This document shows positions 29,186 to 41,325 of a DNA stretch of 64,000 bases, piece after piece. Under the pieces are notes generated by a model. It was not told where the DNA came from, did not search any database, and saw only the letters and a program-made list of their open reading frames with translations. Origin of the DNA: Alphaproteobacteria bacterium (GTDB lineage: Bacteria > Pseudomonadota > Alphaproteobacteria > UBA828); the NCBI GenBank assembly GCA_965237415.1, contig CBDEFM010000001.1, positions 224,001 through 288,000 on the forward strand, in the 5' to 3' direction. The translations under genes and the position numbers were made by a program. Positions within the stretch are counted from its first letter, which is position 1, and every line of letters starts with the position of its first letter.

Positions 29186-30682
29186 TCAGCCATGGCCGGC
29201 GGCCAGCAGGGTGGCGTAATCGGCGCTACGGGTGGCGGCGACGAAGGGCTGGGGGAGGTGCGGATAGCGTGTCAGGTCGAGACGGGCCGGCCGCTTCTCG
29301 ATGCGCGCCAGCAGCAGGTGCTTGACCGCATCGAAGCCGATCACGCGCCGCTTCACCGCGTCCTGCACCGCGGCCGTCACCTGGCGCTCCGGAAAGTCCT
29401 CCAGCAGGCGCAGCACCTGGATGTATTCGCGCTTGCCGCGCGGCCCGAAGCGGGCTTCGAGGAGGCGGCGCAGCGTGTCGAAGGCCGGATCGAGCTTCCA
29501 CCCCCGCAGCGGCGCCGCCTGGTCCAGGGCGCCCGGCTTCCTCTCCAGCAACGACAGATAGTGCAGCGGGTCGTAGACGACGTCGCCGCGGACATAGGAG
29601 CGCCTATGGCGGGCGACGATCTCGGCGCCGAGCGCGATCTCGACCCGGTCGACATAGCCCTTGACCGTCACCTTCTTGTGGGCGTGCACCGCCGGCGCCG
29701 AGTAGTCCACCAGCCGGTAGCGCACCAGGGCCGTCGACGAGACCTGGCCCGGCACATGCTCGCAGGCCTCGAAGGGGACGGCGGGCAGATCGCGCAGGGC
29801 GTCGAGATCGGCGAGCAACGCCGCCGCCTGGTCGCCTGCCTCCAGCGCGTCGAGCCGCTCCAGGCAGCGCGCCATCAGCCGCTCGTTCAGGACCGACAGG
29901 TCGTGCACCTTCGGGATCGGCACCATGAACCGGCGCCGTGCCGTCTTCACCAGGGCCTCCACCTTCCCCTTGTCGTTGCCTTTGCCGGGCCGGCCGAAGC
30001 GGTCGCGGAACAGGTAGTGCGACTGAAGATGTGAGAACGCCTGCGTCCTGCGGCGCGTGCCGTCCCCCAGGATCCGCGCCACCGCAAGGGTGGTGTTGTC
30101 GTAGAGGATCGAGCGCGGAACCCCGCCGAGGAAGGCGAAGGCGCTGACATGGCCGTCGAGGAAGGCCTCGGTCGTCTCCCTCGGATAGGCCTTGACGAAC
30201 CAGACATTGGAATGGGGCAGGATCAGGCAGAAGAAGGCGACCTTCTCCCGCTGCCCCCGCAGCTCCACCACCGCCTCGCCGAAGTCGACCTGGGCATGGC
30301 CCGGCGGGTGATGCAGTGGAACGAAGGCCTCGCGCGTCGATTGCCGCCGGGAACGCACATAGTCCTTCACGATGGTATAGCCGCCGGTGAACCCGTACTC
30401 GTCCCGCAGCCGCTCGAAGATCCGGTGCGCCGTGTGGCGCTGCTTGCGCGGCACATCCGGATCCGTGTCCGCCTCCAGGATCGCGTCGACGATGCCGGTG
30501 AACCCGTCCAGCTTGGGCCGCCTGACCGGCTTCGTCCGGCGGTAGCCCGGCGGCGCCGAGTAGCTCAGCATCTTCTTCACCGTGCGACGGTCGATGCCGA
30601 ACCGACGGCCCGCCTCGTGATGGCTCAAACCCTCGTCGACAACCGCCAGTCGAACCGCCGCATAGAGCTCCACGCCGTACAT
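29186..30682 (-). CDS. istA: IS21 family transposase IstA
   Basis: N-terminal HTH, AQVDFG, ILYDN, KGKVE; start chosen at MYGVELY. Confidence 0.92.
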   Translation of the reverse strand: MYGVELYAAVRLAVVDEGLSHHEAGRRFGIDRRTVKKMLSYSAPPGYRRTKPVRRPKLDGFTGIVDAILEADTDPDVPRKQRHTAHRIFERLRDEYGFTGGYTIVKDYVRSRRQSTREAFVPLHHPPGHAQVDFGEAVVELRGQREKVAFFCLILPHSNVWFVKAYPRETTEAFLDGHVSAFAFLGGVPRSILYDNTTLAVARILGDGTRRRTQAFSHLQSHYLFRDRFGRPGKGNDKGKVEALVKTARRRFMVPIPKVHDLSVLNERLMARCLERLDALEAGDQAAALLADLDALRDLPAVPFEACEHVPGQVSSTALVRYRLVDYSAPAVHAHKKVTVKGYVDRVEIALGAEIVARHRRSYVRGDVVYDPLHYLSLLERKPGALDQAAPLRGWKLDPAFDTLRRLLEARFGPRGKREYIQVLRLLEDFPERQVTAAVQDAVKRRVIGFDAVKHLLLARIEKRPARLDLTRYPHLPQPFVAATRSADYATLLAAGHG

Positions 30683-30793
30683 CCCCCGCCCCTCGTCGCA
30701 ACCGACAAAGGACCATGGTTGGCGCATTTTTGCGCCGCCGCGACCGGACCGTCCGGTCGCTCCGCGTGGAGCATTATTCCTCCGCCGTTAACA

Positions 30794-31929
30794 CGGGGGG
30801 TTGCAGACTTCGTCGGCTGCGCCCGCCCGTCGATCGCCGATCCCTTCATTCCCCGCAAGATCGAGGAGGGCCGTCTCGACGACATCCGCGAATGCATCGG
30901 CTGCAATATCTGCGTGACCGGGGAGCATCTGAAGACGCCCATGCGATGCACGCAGAACCCGACTGTGGGCGAGGAGTGGCGCCGCGGCTGGCATCCCGAA
31001 AGGATCGAGCCCAAGGGCTCCGATTCCTCGGTGCTCGTGGTCGGAGCCGGACCGGCTGGCCTGGAATGTGCGCTCGCGCTCGGACAGCGCGGCTACCGGG
31101 TCGGGCTGGCCGAAGCCTCGCGTGAGCTTGGGGGGCGGATGACTCACGAATCCGCGCTGCCGGGCCTCTCCGAGTGGGCGCGCGTGCGCGACTACCGCAC
31201 GTACCAGATCGAGAAGCTGCATGAGCGGGTCGAGGTCTTCCGCGAGAGCGAGATGACGGCCGAGACGGCGCTCGAAGCCGGGGGTATCAGCACGTGGCCG
31301 TCGCCACCGGCTCCCGCTGGCGCCGGGACGGCATCGGCCGCGCGCATACCGCGGCAGCGATCCCAGGCAGCGATGCCGCGCATGTGCTCACGCCCAACGA
31401 CGTCTTCGCCGGCGCCACACCGGCTTCCCCGGTCGTGGTGTTCGATGACGATCACTACTACATGGGTGGAGTGATCGCGGAGAAGCTCGTCAATGACGGC
31501 CTCGCCGTCATTCTCGTGACGCCCGGTCCGGTGGTCTCGGCCTGGGCCGAAGGGGCTCTCGAGCAAGAGGGCATCCAGTCGAACCTCGTCAAGATCGGCG
31601 TTGAGATCGTCACCGGCCACAACCTGGCGCGGATCGATGCAGGCGGGGTGCAGGTGGGGGGCGTCTACGGCGAGGGCGAGCGATCTCTCGAGTGCGCCTC
31701 CGTTGTGATGGTCACCTCGCGGCTGCCCAACGATGCGCTCTACTACGCACTCAAGGAGTCGCTGGAACGCCTGGCGGAAGCCGGCATCCGATCGGTCAAG
31801 CGGGTCGGCGATGCCCTCGGCCCCGGGCTGATTGCCGCCGCTGTGTGGAGCGGCCACCGCTTCGCCCGCGAGCTGGATGGGCCGCCGCCCGGCGATGTCC
31901 CGTTCAAGCGCGAACTGGTGGTCGTGTGA
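30794..31929 (+). pseudogene. Trimethylamine/histamine dehydrogenase family, 3' half only, with a frameshift near 31285 (paralogue 2)
   Basis: Begins at the IS21 end with ADFVGCARPSIADPF, ECIGCNIC; continues in the 31294-31929 frame. Confidence 0.85.
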
Positions 31930-32074
31930 TGTCGCCGAGCCTTGCCGACCGGCTCGCCCGGGTGAGGTCGCGGCGAGACGATCCTAAGAGTCATGCATCC
32001 CGTATCGTAACCAGGCCATGGTGCGGGGTGACGTCATGGGAACAGCCTGGATGCAGCAAATTTGGGAGGTCTCA

Positions 32075-33385
32075 ATGGTGAACAGGCCGACACATCAACG
32101 CCTGAAATCGCTTCTCGTCGCCGGTTCTCTGGCATTGGGCGTTGCCGGGACCATGGGGCCGACGGAGGCTTCGGCGTGGTCGCTGGAAGAAGCCGCGAAG
32201 CCCTACGCCGGCAATGAGGTGCGGGGAATTTGCGACGGCTATTCTCCTTGCCTCGCTTATACCGAAATGGCCAAGAAGTTCGAGGAGCTGACGGGAATCA
32301 AGGTGGTCCTGGAAGTCGCCGATCTCGAGGCGGTCTGGCGTCAGGTGCTGGCCGACCAGCTCACGGGCGGGCAGTACTACGACATCTTTCCCGCCGCCAA
32401 CAATCAGACGGTGGCCTTTGCCGAACCGGGCTTCACCAGCGACCTGACGCAGTTCATGGACGATCCCGCTCTGCGCGACCCCAGCGTCAAGGTCGAGGAC
32501 TTCGTGCAGACCCATTTCAAGATCTCGGGCTACCACAATGGTGAGTTGGTCTCCGTTCCCTATCACTACCTGCCGCCCTATGCGGCCTACCGCACGAGCA
32601 TCGCCAACGATCCCACGGAGCAGGCCAACTTCGAGGCGGCCTATGGCTACGCCATGCCCCTGCCGCCCACGACCTGGGAGGTGTTCCGGGATCTCGCCGA
32701 GTTCTTCACCCGCGAGAAGGGCGAGACACTGGCCGGTCAGACTCTCGAAACCAACTTCTACGGCACGATTGCAGCGTTCAAGCGCCATCTCACGGTCTAC
32801 TACGACTATGAGCGCATCCTGCTGGGCATGGGCGGCGAATATGTGGACACGGACCTGAACGTCTCCATCGACAGGGACGACACGGCCGTCAGAGCGCTTC
32901 AATACATGCTCGACCTGCGCCAGTTCGCGCCACCCGGTCATACCGAGGCGACGTGGGACACGGAATATTCCGAGATGTGCAGCGGCAACGTGTTCATGAT
33001 CTTCACCTGGGGCGACACGACGCCGTACCTGGAGATCCCCGGCGACTGTCCGGCATCGGCGGGCGACATGACATACTTCGTCCACCCCGGGACCGGGATC
33101 ACGGCGGCCTACGGCCAATCTTGGATCATTCCCAAGAGCGCGCAGAACAAGGAGGCAGCCCGGCTCTTCGTGCAGTGGCTGCTGACCACGGAAGTCCAGA
33201 ACGAGTGCCTGCCTCTCGGGTGCCTCGCGATCCGCAGCGACGTGCTCGGCGATCCGCGCTGGGAGGATGAAGGCTGGGAGAATCGCCAGCGGGAAGCCAT
33301 CCACATCTGGCTGGACGAGAACGGCAAGCTCTACAACCTGCCCAACACTCCGAACTGGTTCGTGTGGCAGGACATCATCATCTAG
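32075..33385 (+). pseudogene. CUT1 ABC substrate-binding protein, 3'-truncated by a MITE
   Basis: RBS GGAGG, signal peptide, PTTW; its stop TAG is the CTAG of the MITE end; no permeases follow. Confidence 0.8.
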
Positions 33386-33514
33386 TCACCTGACACTGAA
33401 GTTGAGATCATTTTCAATTGGCAGTGTCGTCACACTAAGTCGCTCTATTGTCGAAGAATGTGGTCGTGCAATATAGTTGTCTTTATGTGGCGAACTTCAG
33501 ATTCAGGTGACTAG
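33382..33514. mobile_element. 133-bp MITE, copy 1 (CTAG-bounded)
   Basis: TIR CTAGTCACCTGA..CTGAAGTT / AACTTCAG..TCAGGTGACTAG; near-identical copy at 34015. Confidence 0.85.
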
Positions 33515-33706
33515 GAGCTGAGCGCGGCTGGTGCCGATCAGAAGGATGCTGCAACGGCGATCGCGGACATCGCCTCACGCATGCGCGAGGCGGTCGAATA
33601 GCAGGCGCAGGACCGATGGCCCCGCCGCTCGCGCGGGGCCATCGATTCGCGATCCATGTAGGCTGAACAGCGGCGCGCAGACCTTGATGGTGGGGAGAAT
33701 TCCGCG

Positions 33707-33927
33707 CTAGTGCTGGCTCGGCTCGCCGAGCATCGCCGTCTTGAAAAGCGTGCTGTCGTCGACATATTCGCCGCCTTCGGAGGCGGCCGGCATGACATCG
33801 CGGTAGCGACCCGGTCGACCACCTCGTCGTCAACGACCTGACGGTAGATGACGGCACCGTCCTCCTCGAGAATCGCCATCGCTTCGTCGGCAGGCGTATG
33901 CCGGTCAATTGAACGCACTTCTGCCAT
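33707..33927 (-). pseudogene. Fragment of a phytanoyl-CoA dioxygenase (PhyH)-like gene
   Basis: MAEVRSIDRHTPADEAMAILEEDGAVIYRQVVDDEVVDRV resembles PhyH N-termini; joined out of frame to a short C-terminal piece. Confidence 0.5.
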
Positions 33928-33957
33928 GGTCACCGCGCTCTGTTCGGTCGGACGATG

Positions 33958-34413
33958 TTAGCCCGGAATTCTCGCCACGGACACGGCCTGCGTCGCGGCT
34001 AGGCGTTCGATCCGCTAGTCACCTGACACTGAAGTTGAGATCATTATAAATTGGCAGTGTCGTCACACTAAGTCGCTCTATTGTCGAAGAATATGGTCGT
34101 CCAATATAGCTGTCTTTATGTGGCGCACTTTGGATTCAGATGACTAGGAGCAGGCCGAAAAGCATAGCGGTGCCTACGGTTGAGGCTCGCGACGTCGCGC
34201 GGGACGCGCGCGGAGCGCACGATGCGGGCGGGCGCCTGGACGCGACCCGAAGGGCGGCGCTCTCTGGCCGACAGCGTGCGTCACGGCGCTTGCCCGATGC
34301 CCCGCATCGTGCGCTCCCGCGCGCGTGGCCGCGCGACGCGCTGCGCGCCGTTCCTGCTCTGTCAGCCGGACAGCGCCGCGCAGACCATGACCGTGGTGAG
34401 AAATGCGGGCTAG
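33958..34413. mobile_element. Non-autonomous IR-bounded element containing MITE copy 2
   Basis: 31-bp imperfect IRs (25/31) after TTAG 33958 and before CTAG 34410-13. Confidence 0.6.
34015..34147. mobile_element. 133-bp MITE, copy 2
   Basis: Same length and nearly the same sequence as 33382-33514. Confidence 0.85.
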
Positions 34414-34438
34414 TCTGTCGAGCGGGTCCCGTTGCCGG

Positions 34439-36517
34439 TCAGGCAACAGCACGGTCGGCGCGAACATACTCCAGCTTGTAGGGCACGTCGGCGATCGCTC
34501 CGGCGTCGAGCTCGCGGGCGGAGCGGTGGCCCTCGTAAACAGCATGCTGGATCGTCGAGGCGGCCACGCAATCGCCGATCCGTTCGAGCCTCTTGATGCC
34601 GGCCTTCTCCAATTTCTCCGGCGCCGCCGCGAGCTCCCGATAGAGAGCGTCGTTCGGCAACCGCGAGGTGGCGAGAACGAGAGACTGATAGCTGAGGTGC
34701 TGCCGCCTTACATCGTGATAAACATTATAGATCTCGATGCTGTTGTCGCCGATCTGGGCGATGTTGTGATCGGTGATCAACTCGATCCCCATGGAGAGGA
34801 CCTGGCTCATGATCTTCTCCAGCTCCAGGGTGTTTTCGGTCCAGCGCGAGAGCTCCATCAGCGGCGTGACGATGGTCACCTCGTGACCCGCAGCGCGGAG
34901 CTTCTCGGCAATCACGCCACCCATGTAGAAGTGATCGTCGTCGAACACGACCACCGGGCCTTCGAGTGCCTTCCCGCTCATCACGTCGTCGGGCGTGAAG
35001 ACCCTCCTCCCGTCGCATCCGGGAATTGGGTGCGCGTTGGTGTAGGCAACGCCGTCGCCACGCCAGTGGGAGCCGGTCGCGATGATCACGGTCTCGGCGC
35101 CGTAGTCCAGCACGTCCTGTGCCGAGAGGCTGGAGCCGGTGTGCACCTCGACGTTCTTCATCTTTTCGATTTGACCGACCCGGTAATCGCGTACACGTCC
35201 CCATGCCGCAAGGCCGGGAAGTGCGCTCTCGCGCGTCACGCGGCCGCCGACGTCGGGCTGCGCCTCGACGAGGTGCACCGTGTAGCCCCGCTGCCCGAGC
35301 GCGCGGGCGCATTCCAATCCGGCCGGCCCCGCGCCGACGACGAGGACGCCGTCATCGGACCCCTTAGGCTCGATCTCTTCTGCGTGCCAGCCGCGCCGCC
35401 ATTCTTCGCCGGCGGTTGGGTTCTGCGTACACCGGAAGAGGCTGCCCGTATTCTCGGAAGCAACGCACATGTTGCAGCCGATGCACTCACGGATATCGTC
35501 GTTGCGGCCTTCTTCGATCTTCTTGGGCAGGAAGGGATCGGCGATCGAGGGCCGCGCCGCGCCGATGAAGTCGGTGATTCCGCGGTTGATCTGGGAGATC
35601 ATCGTGTCGGGTGAGGTGAACCGCCCCACGGTGACGACCGGCCTGTCGGTCTTCTGCTTGACGAAGGCCACGAAGGGTTCCTGGAAGCCTTCGTCGGTGA
35701 AGCGCGACGTGGCGGAGTCGTAAGCCCAGTCGCTGATGTTCACGTCCCACAAGTCGGGCAAATCGGAGAACATCTCGACCACCGCCTGGCCTTCCTCCTG
35801 CCAGGTGATGCCGTGCTCGCCGCGATTCTCGTCGACGGCCAGCCTGAGTGCCACCGCCGCCCTGTCGCCAACGGCTTCCTTGGTGTCTTCCAAGAGCTCA
35901 CCGATCAGCCGCGCGCGATTCTCGACGCTGCCGCCATATTCGTCGGTGCGGTGATTAGTGTGGGGCGAGAGGAAATGCTGCGGCAGAGCGATATCGTGAC
36001 CGGCATAGACGTAAACGATGTCATAGCCCACATTGACCGCGCGCTTTGCCGCATCGACCTGCCAGCGCCTGAACTCGCGAATGTCCGCCTTGTCCATCTC
36101 CCGGCCCATGATCGGGTCCCAATTGTAGTGAACCGTATTGGGCGAAGGGCCGAGCGGAACTTCCTTGGTCTTGCGGTTGGAAAAGCCGAGCCCGTTATGA
36201 ACCAGCTCCACGGAGGCGAGCACCCCGTATTCGTGCATCGTATCCACCCAGCCGCGCAACTGCTCCGCGTACTCGTCATTCCAGAGTCGCCGTTCCCCAT
36301 AAGGTGCTGAGCAGGAGCTTGGATGAATGCTGCATTGCTCGGTGGAAATGACGGCCCATCCGCCTTCGGCTTTCATGCGCCGATGCGCGACATCCCCATG
36401 GTGCTCGGTGTACCCCATCGCATTGCAGTGAGGCACTTGATAGAAGCGATTCTTGGCAATCTTCGGGCCGATCTTGATCGGCGTGAACAGGATGTCATGG
36501 CGGGGATCGCGGGCCAT
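34439..36517 (-). CDS. Histamine/trimethylamine dehydrogenase family flavoprotein, paralogue 3
   Basis: YQVPHCNAMG, VYVYAGH, ARPSIADPF, ECIGCNMC; RBS GGGAGG. Confidence 0.9.
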   Translation of the reverse strand: MARDPRHDILFTPIKIGPKIAKNRFYQVPHCNAMGYTEHHGDVAHRRMKAEGGWAVISTEQCSIHPSSCSAPYGERRLWNDEYAEQLRGWVDTMHEYGVLASVELVHNGLGFSNRKTKEVPLGPSPNTVHYNWDPIMGREMDKADIREFRRWQVDAAKRAVNVGYDIVYVYAGHDIALPQHFLSPHTNHRTDEYGGSVENRARLIGELLEDTKEAVGDRAAVALRLAVDENRGEHGITWQEEGQAVVEMFSDLPDLWDVNISDWAYDSATSRFTDEGFQEPFVAFVKQKTDRPVVTVGRFTSPDTMISQINRGITDFIGAARPSIADPFLPKKIEEGRNDDIRECIGCNMCVASENTGSLFRCTQNPTAGEEWRRGWHAEEIEPKGSDDGVLVVGAGPAGLECARALGQRGYTVHLVEAQPDVGGRVTRESALPGLAAWGRVRDYRVGQIEKMKNVEVHTGSSLSAQDVLDYGAETVIIATGSHWRGDGVAYTNAHPIPGCDGRRVFTPDDVMSGKALEGPVVVFDDDHFYMGGVIAEKLRAAGHEVTIVTPLMELSRWTENTLELEKIMSQVLSMGIELITDHNIAQIGDNSIEIYNVYHDVRRQHLSYQSLVLATSRLPNDALYRELAAAPEKLEKAGIKRLERIGDCVAASTIQHAVYEGHRSARELDAGAIADVPYKLEYVRADRAVA

Positions 36518-36655
36518 TGTTGCCTCCCTGCACAGAATGCAGGCAGCGCCGCTGCAGGGGCGCGCCCTCTTATACGTCCTTGGCGATAGTCCGGCAGCGA
36601 ACGCGCCGAGCGCGTGGGCGCAAGGCGCGGCGCTGCCGGGATGTGAGACCCTCGC

Positions 36656-37036
36656 CTAGGCGGCGAGCTGCTCGGCCTCGGGATCGTGAATGAAGAAGAC
36701 CTTGCGCACGGTCTCCTCGATTACCCAAGTCACCTGCTCACCCTTCGACGTGTAAAAGATATCGCCGGCGGTATAGGTGTGGGTCGTGCCGTCCTGCTCC
36801 GTTACGTGGATCTTGCCCTGGAGCAAGGTGCAGATCTCGTCGCCGGGATAGGTGTATTCGAACTTGCCCGGCGTGCACTGCCAGACGCCCGCCATCGTGC
36901 GCATGCCGAAGCCGCCCAGATCGAAACGTCCCTCGTGCACCGGGTTCCCTTCGAGCACATTCACGAACGGCAGATCACCCAGCGGCGGCCATGGCTCGAG
37001 GCCGCCCTCGTCCTTCAGCGTCACATAGTTGAGCAT
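36656..37036 (-). CDS. Cupin domain protein (DUF861/EutQ-like)
   Basis: GVWQCTPGKF, EICTLLQG, ETVRKVF. Confidence 0.85.
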   Translation of the reverse strand: MLNYVTLKDEGGLEPWPPLGDLPFVNVLEGNPVHEGRFDLGGFGMRTMAGVWQCTPGKFEYTYPGDEICTLLQGKIHVTEQDGTTHTYTAGDIFYTSKGEQVTWVIEETVRKVFFIHDPEAEQLAA

Positions 37037-37154
37037 TCTCTTTTCCTCTCCTTTGTGGGGTCTTGTCCCCTATCAGTCTACCCGGTCCATCGGTTGAGTC
37101 ATCGGTCGCTTTGCAGAAGCCTCATGAGCCCGATGCAGGAACATGTGTGACCTC

Positions 37155-39444
<2,290 letters not shown>

Positions 39445-39722
39445 ATGTACTTACAATGCAAGACTTACATACATCAAAGTCGTTCTTGGCACTTCAATCT
39501 AAAGAGTTCGTTCGACCCGATCACACAGGGAAGAACCGACGTCGCGCATTGAGATAAGACTCTTCGAAATCCGAATTCCGCTCTGCCCCTGCCTCCAGGC
39601 GTCCCGTCCACCCTACTCCGGGCGGGCCATCGGGCGCTATCGCGCGAGGCGGCACACTTGCCCTCGCGCGGCCGCTGACTGCAAGCTGAGCACGCAACGC
39701 CCGCAGGGAGAAGGACAACGCA

Positions 39723-41243
39723 ATGGCGAACGCAACGTACGACGCAATCATCGTCGGCGCGGGCCATAATGGGCTCGTCGCCGCCTTCTATCTCGCGCGG
39801 GCGGGGCGCAAGGTGCTGCTCTGCGAGCGCAGACCCTTCGTCGGCGGCGCCTGCGCGACGGAGGAGCTTTTCGAAGGCTACCGCGTCTCGTCTTGTTCCT
39901 ACGTCATGTGGAAGCTCGAACAGAAGGTGCGCGATGACATGGGCCTCGACGCGCGCGGGTTGACCATGCACTTGATCGACCCGCCCGTGTTCCTTCCCTA
40001 CGAAGACGGCTCGCACGCACTCCTGCACTACGACATGGAGACCACGGTGGAATCGATCGCGCGGCTGAATACGCGCGACGCGGCGCGCTTTCCCGAATGG
40101 GTCGACCTCTGGACCAGGGCAACCGCGCTGGTGCAGCCCTACATGCTGACCGATCCGCCGACACTCTCCGACGTTTGGGAACGCGCCAAGGCGAACGGCG
40201 ACGAAGCGGTGTTGGAGCGTTTATTCACCTCGTCGCTCGTCGACCTCGCGGCCGACTATTTCGAGGACGAGCGCGTGCGCGCGATGATGCTCTACGTGCA
40301 GGATATGGCCGACCCCTACGCCAATGGCAGCGCCTGGGCCGAGATATTCTTCCAATTCGGCGCTGCTGGCGGGCACGGCTTCTACGTCGTCGAAGGCGGC
40401 ATGGGCTCGATCACCCGCACCATGGCAGAGGCGGTGGCGGAGCAGGGCGGCGAGATCCGCTGCGATGCGCCGGTCGTGCGGGTGCTGGTGGAGGGCGGCG
40501 CAGCTACCGGCGTGCGCCTCGCCTCGGGTGAAGAGATCCGCGCCGAGATCGTGCTCTCGAATGCCGATCCCAAGCGCACCTACCGGAGCCTCTTCGGGCC
40601 CGAGGATCTGCCGGCGGGTCTCATGAACCGCGTGGAGCGGCTCAAGACCGAGACCGGCTACTTCAAGTTTCACTGCGTGATGGACGAGCCGCCGGACGTT
40701 TCGGGTTATCTCGACGGATATGACGGCCCGCCCATCTCCTACATTCTGATCGCGCCGAGCCTTGATCATTATGCCCGGGCGGGAGCGGAAATGCGGGCGG
40801 GAGAGCCCTGCAGCGAGCCGATCTGCCACCTTCAGGTGCCGACCTTCTATGACAAGACACTGACCGATCGGGATGGCCATATTTGCTCGATCTGGGGTCT
40901 CTACGCGCCGCCGCGGCTCGCGACAGGCACCTGGGAGGAGCGGCGCGAGGAAGTGGGCGAAGGAGTCGTCGATTACGTGACGCGCTTCGTCCCCAATTTC
41001 CGCTCAGCCATCCGCGAGTGGATGTTCATGAGCCCCTGGGACATCGAGCAGCGCACGGGGATCACCGATGGCGCAATCCGCCATCTCGACGTGGTGCCGA
41101 GCCAGTTCCTGAGGGGGCGGCCCGGCTACGATACCGAGATTCGCAACTTCTATCTCTGCGGCGGCGGCACGCACCCGGCCGGCGAGGTTACCGGCGCACC
41201 CGGCCACAACGCCGCCCACCACATCCTTCGCACCAACGCCTGA
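39723..41243 (+). CDS. Phytoene desaturase family (PYROXD2-like) FAD oxidoreductase
   Basis: GAGHNGL, GGACATEE, GGMGSI, YLCGGGTHPAGEVTGAPGHNAA. Confidence 0.88.
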   Translation: MANATYDAIIVGAGHNGLVAAFYLARAGRKVLLCERRPFVGGACATEELFEGYRVSSCSYVMWKLEQKVRDDMGLDARGLTMHLIDPPVFLPYEDGSHALLHYDMETTVESIARLNTRDAARFPEWVDLWTRATALVQPYMLTDPPTLSDVWERAKANGDEAVLERLFTSSLVDLAADYFEDERVRAMMLYVQDMADPYANGSAWAEIFFQFGAAGGHGFYVVEGGMGSITRTMAEAVAEQGGEIRCDAPVVRVLVEGGAATGVRLASGEEIRAEIVLSNADPKRTYRSLFGPEDLPAGLMNRVERLKTETGYFKFHCVMDEPPDVSGYLDGYDGPPISYILIAPSLDHYARAGAEMRAGEPCSEPICHLQVPTFYDKTLTDRDGHICSIWGLYAPPRLATGTWEERREEVGEGVVDYVTRFVPNFRSAIREWMFMSPWDIEQRTGITDGAIRHLDVVPSQFLRGRPGYDTEIRNFYLCGGGTHPAGEVTGAPGHNAAHHILRTNA

Positions 41244-41325
41244 CTCCCCTCGCCCCGCTTCGTGATCCCACAGACCCGCTGATAGACTGAGCGCCGCCGA
41301 GCGCAATGCGGGAGGGCTGCAGCCG

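Larger units (their letters stand above)
25866..29193 (-). pseudogene. istB: IstB ATPase split within Walker A by a serine-recombinase element (5' part 28864-29193, 3' part 25866-26300)
   Basis: ...NAILLGPS | SGVGKTH...LLIVDELGY...TSN...LLDRITHH. Confidence 0.9.
23064..30793 (-). mobile_element. IS21-family element (istA-istB) carrying nested insertions
   Basis: Terminal IRs TGTCAACGGCGG (23064) and CCGCCGTTAACA (ends 30793) with internal repeats; istA and split istB; no TSD, flanks are unrelated truncated genes. Confidence 0.88.
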
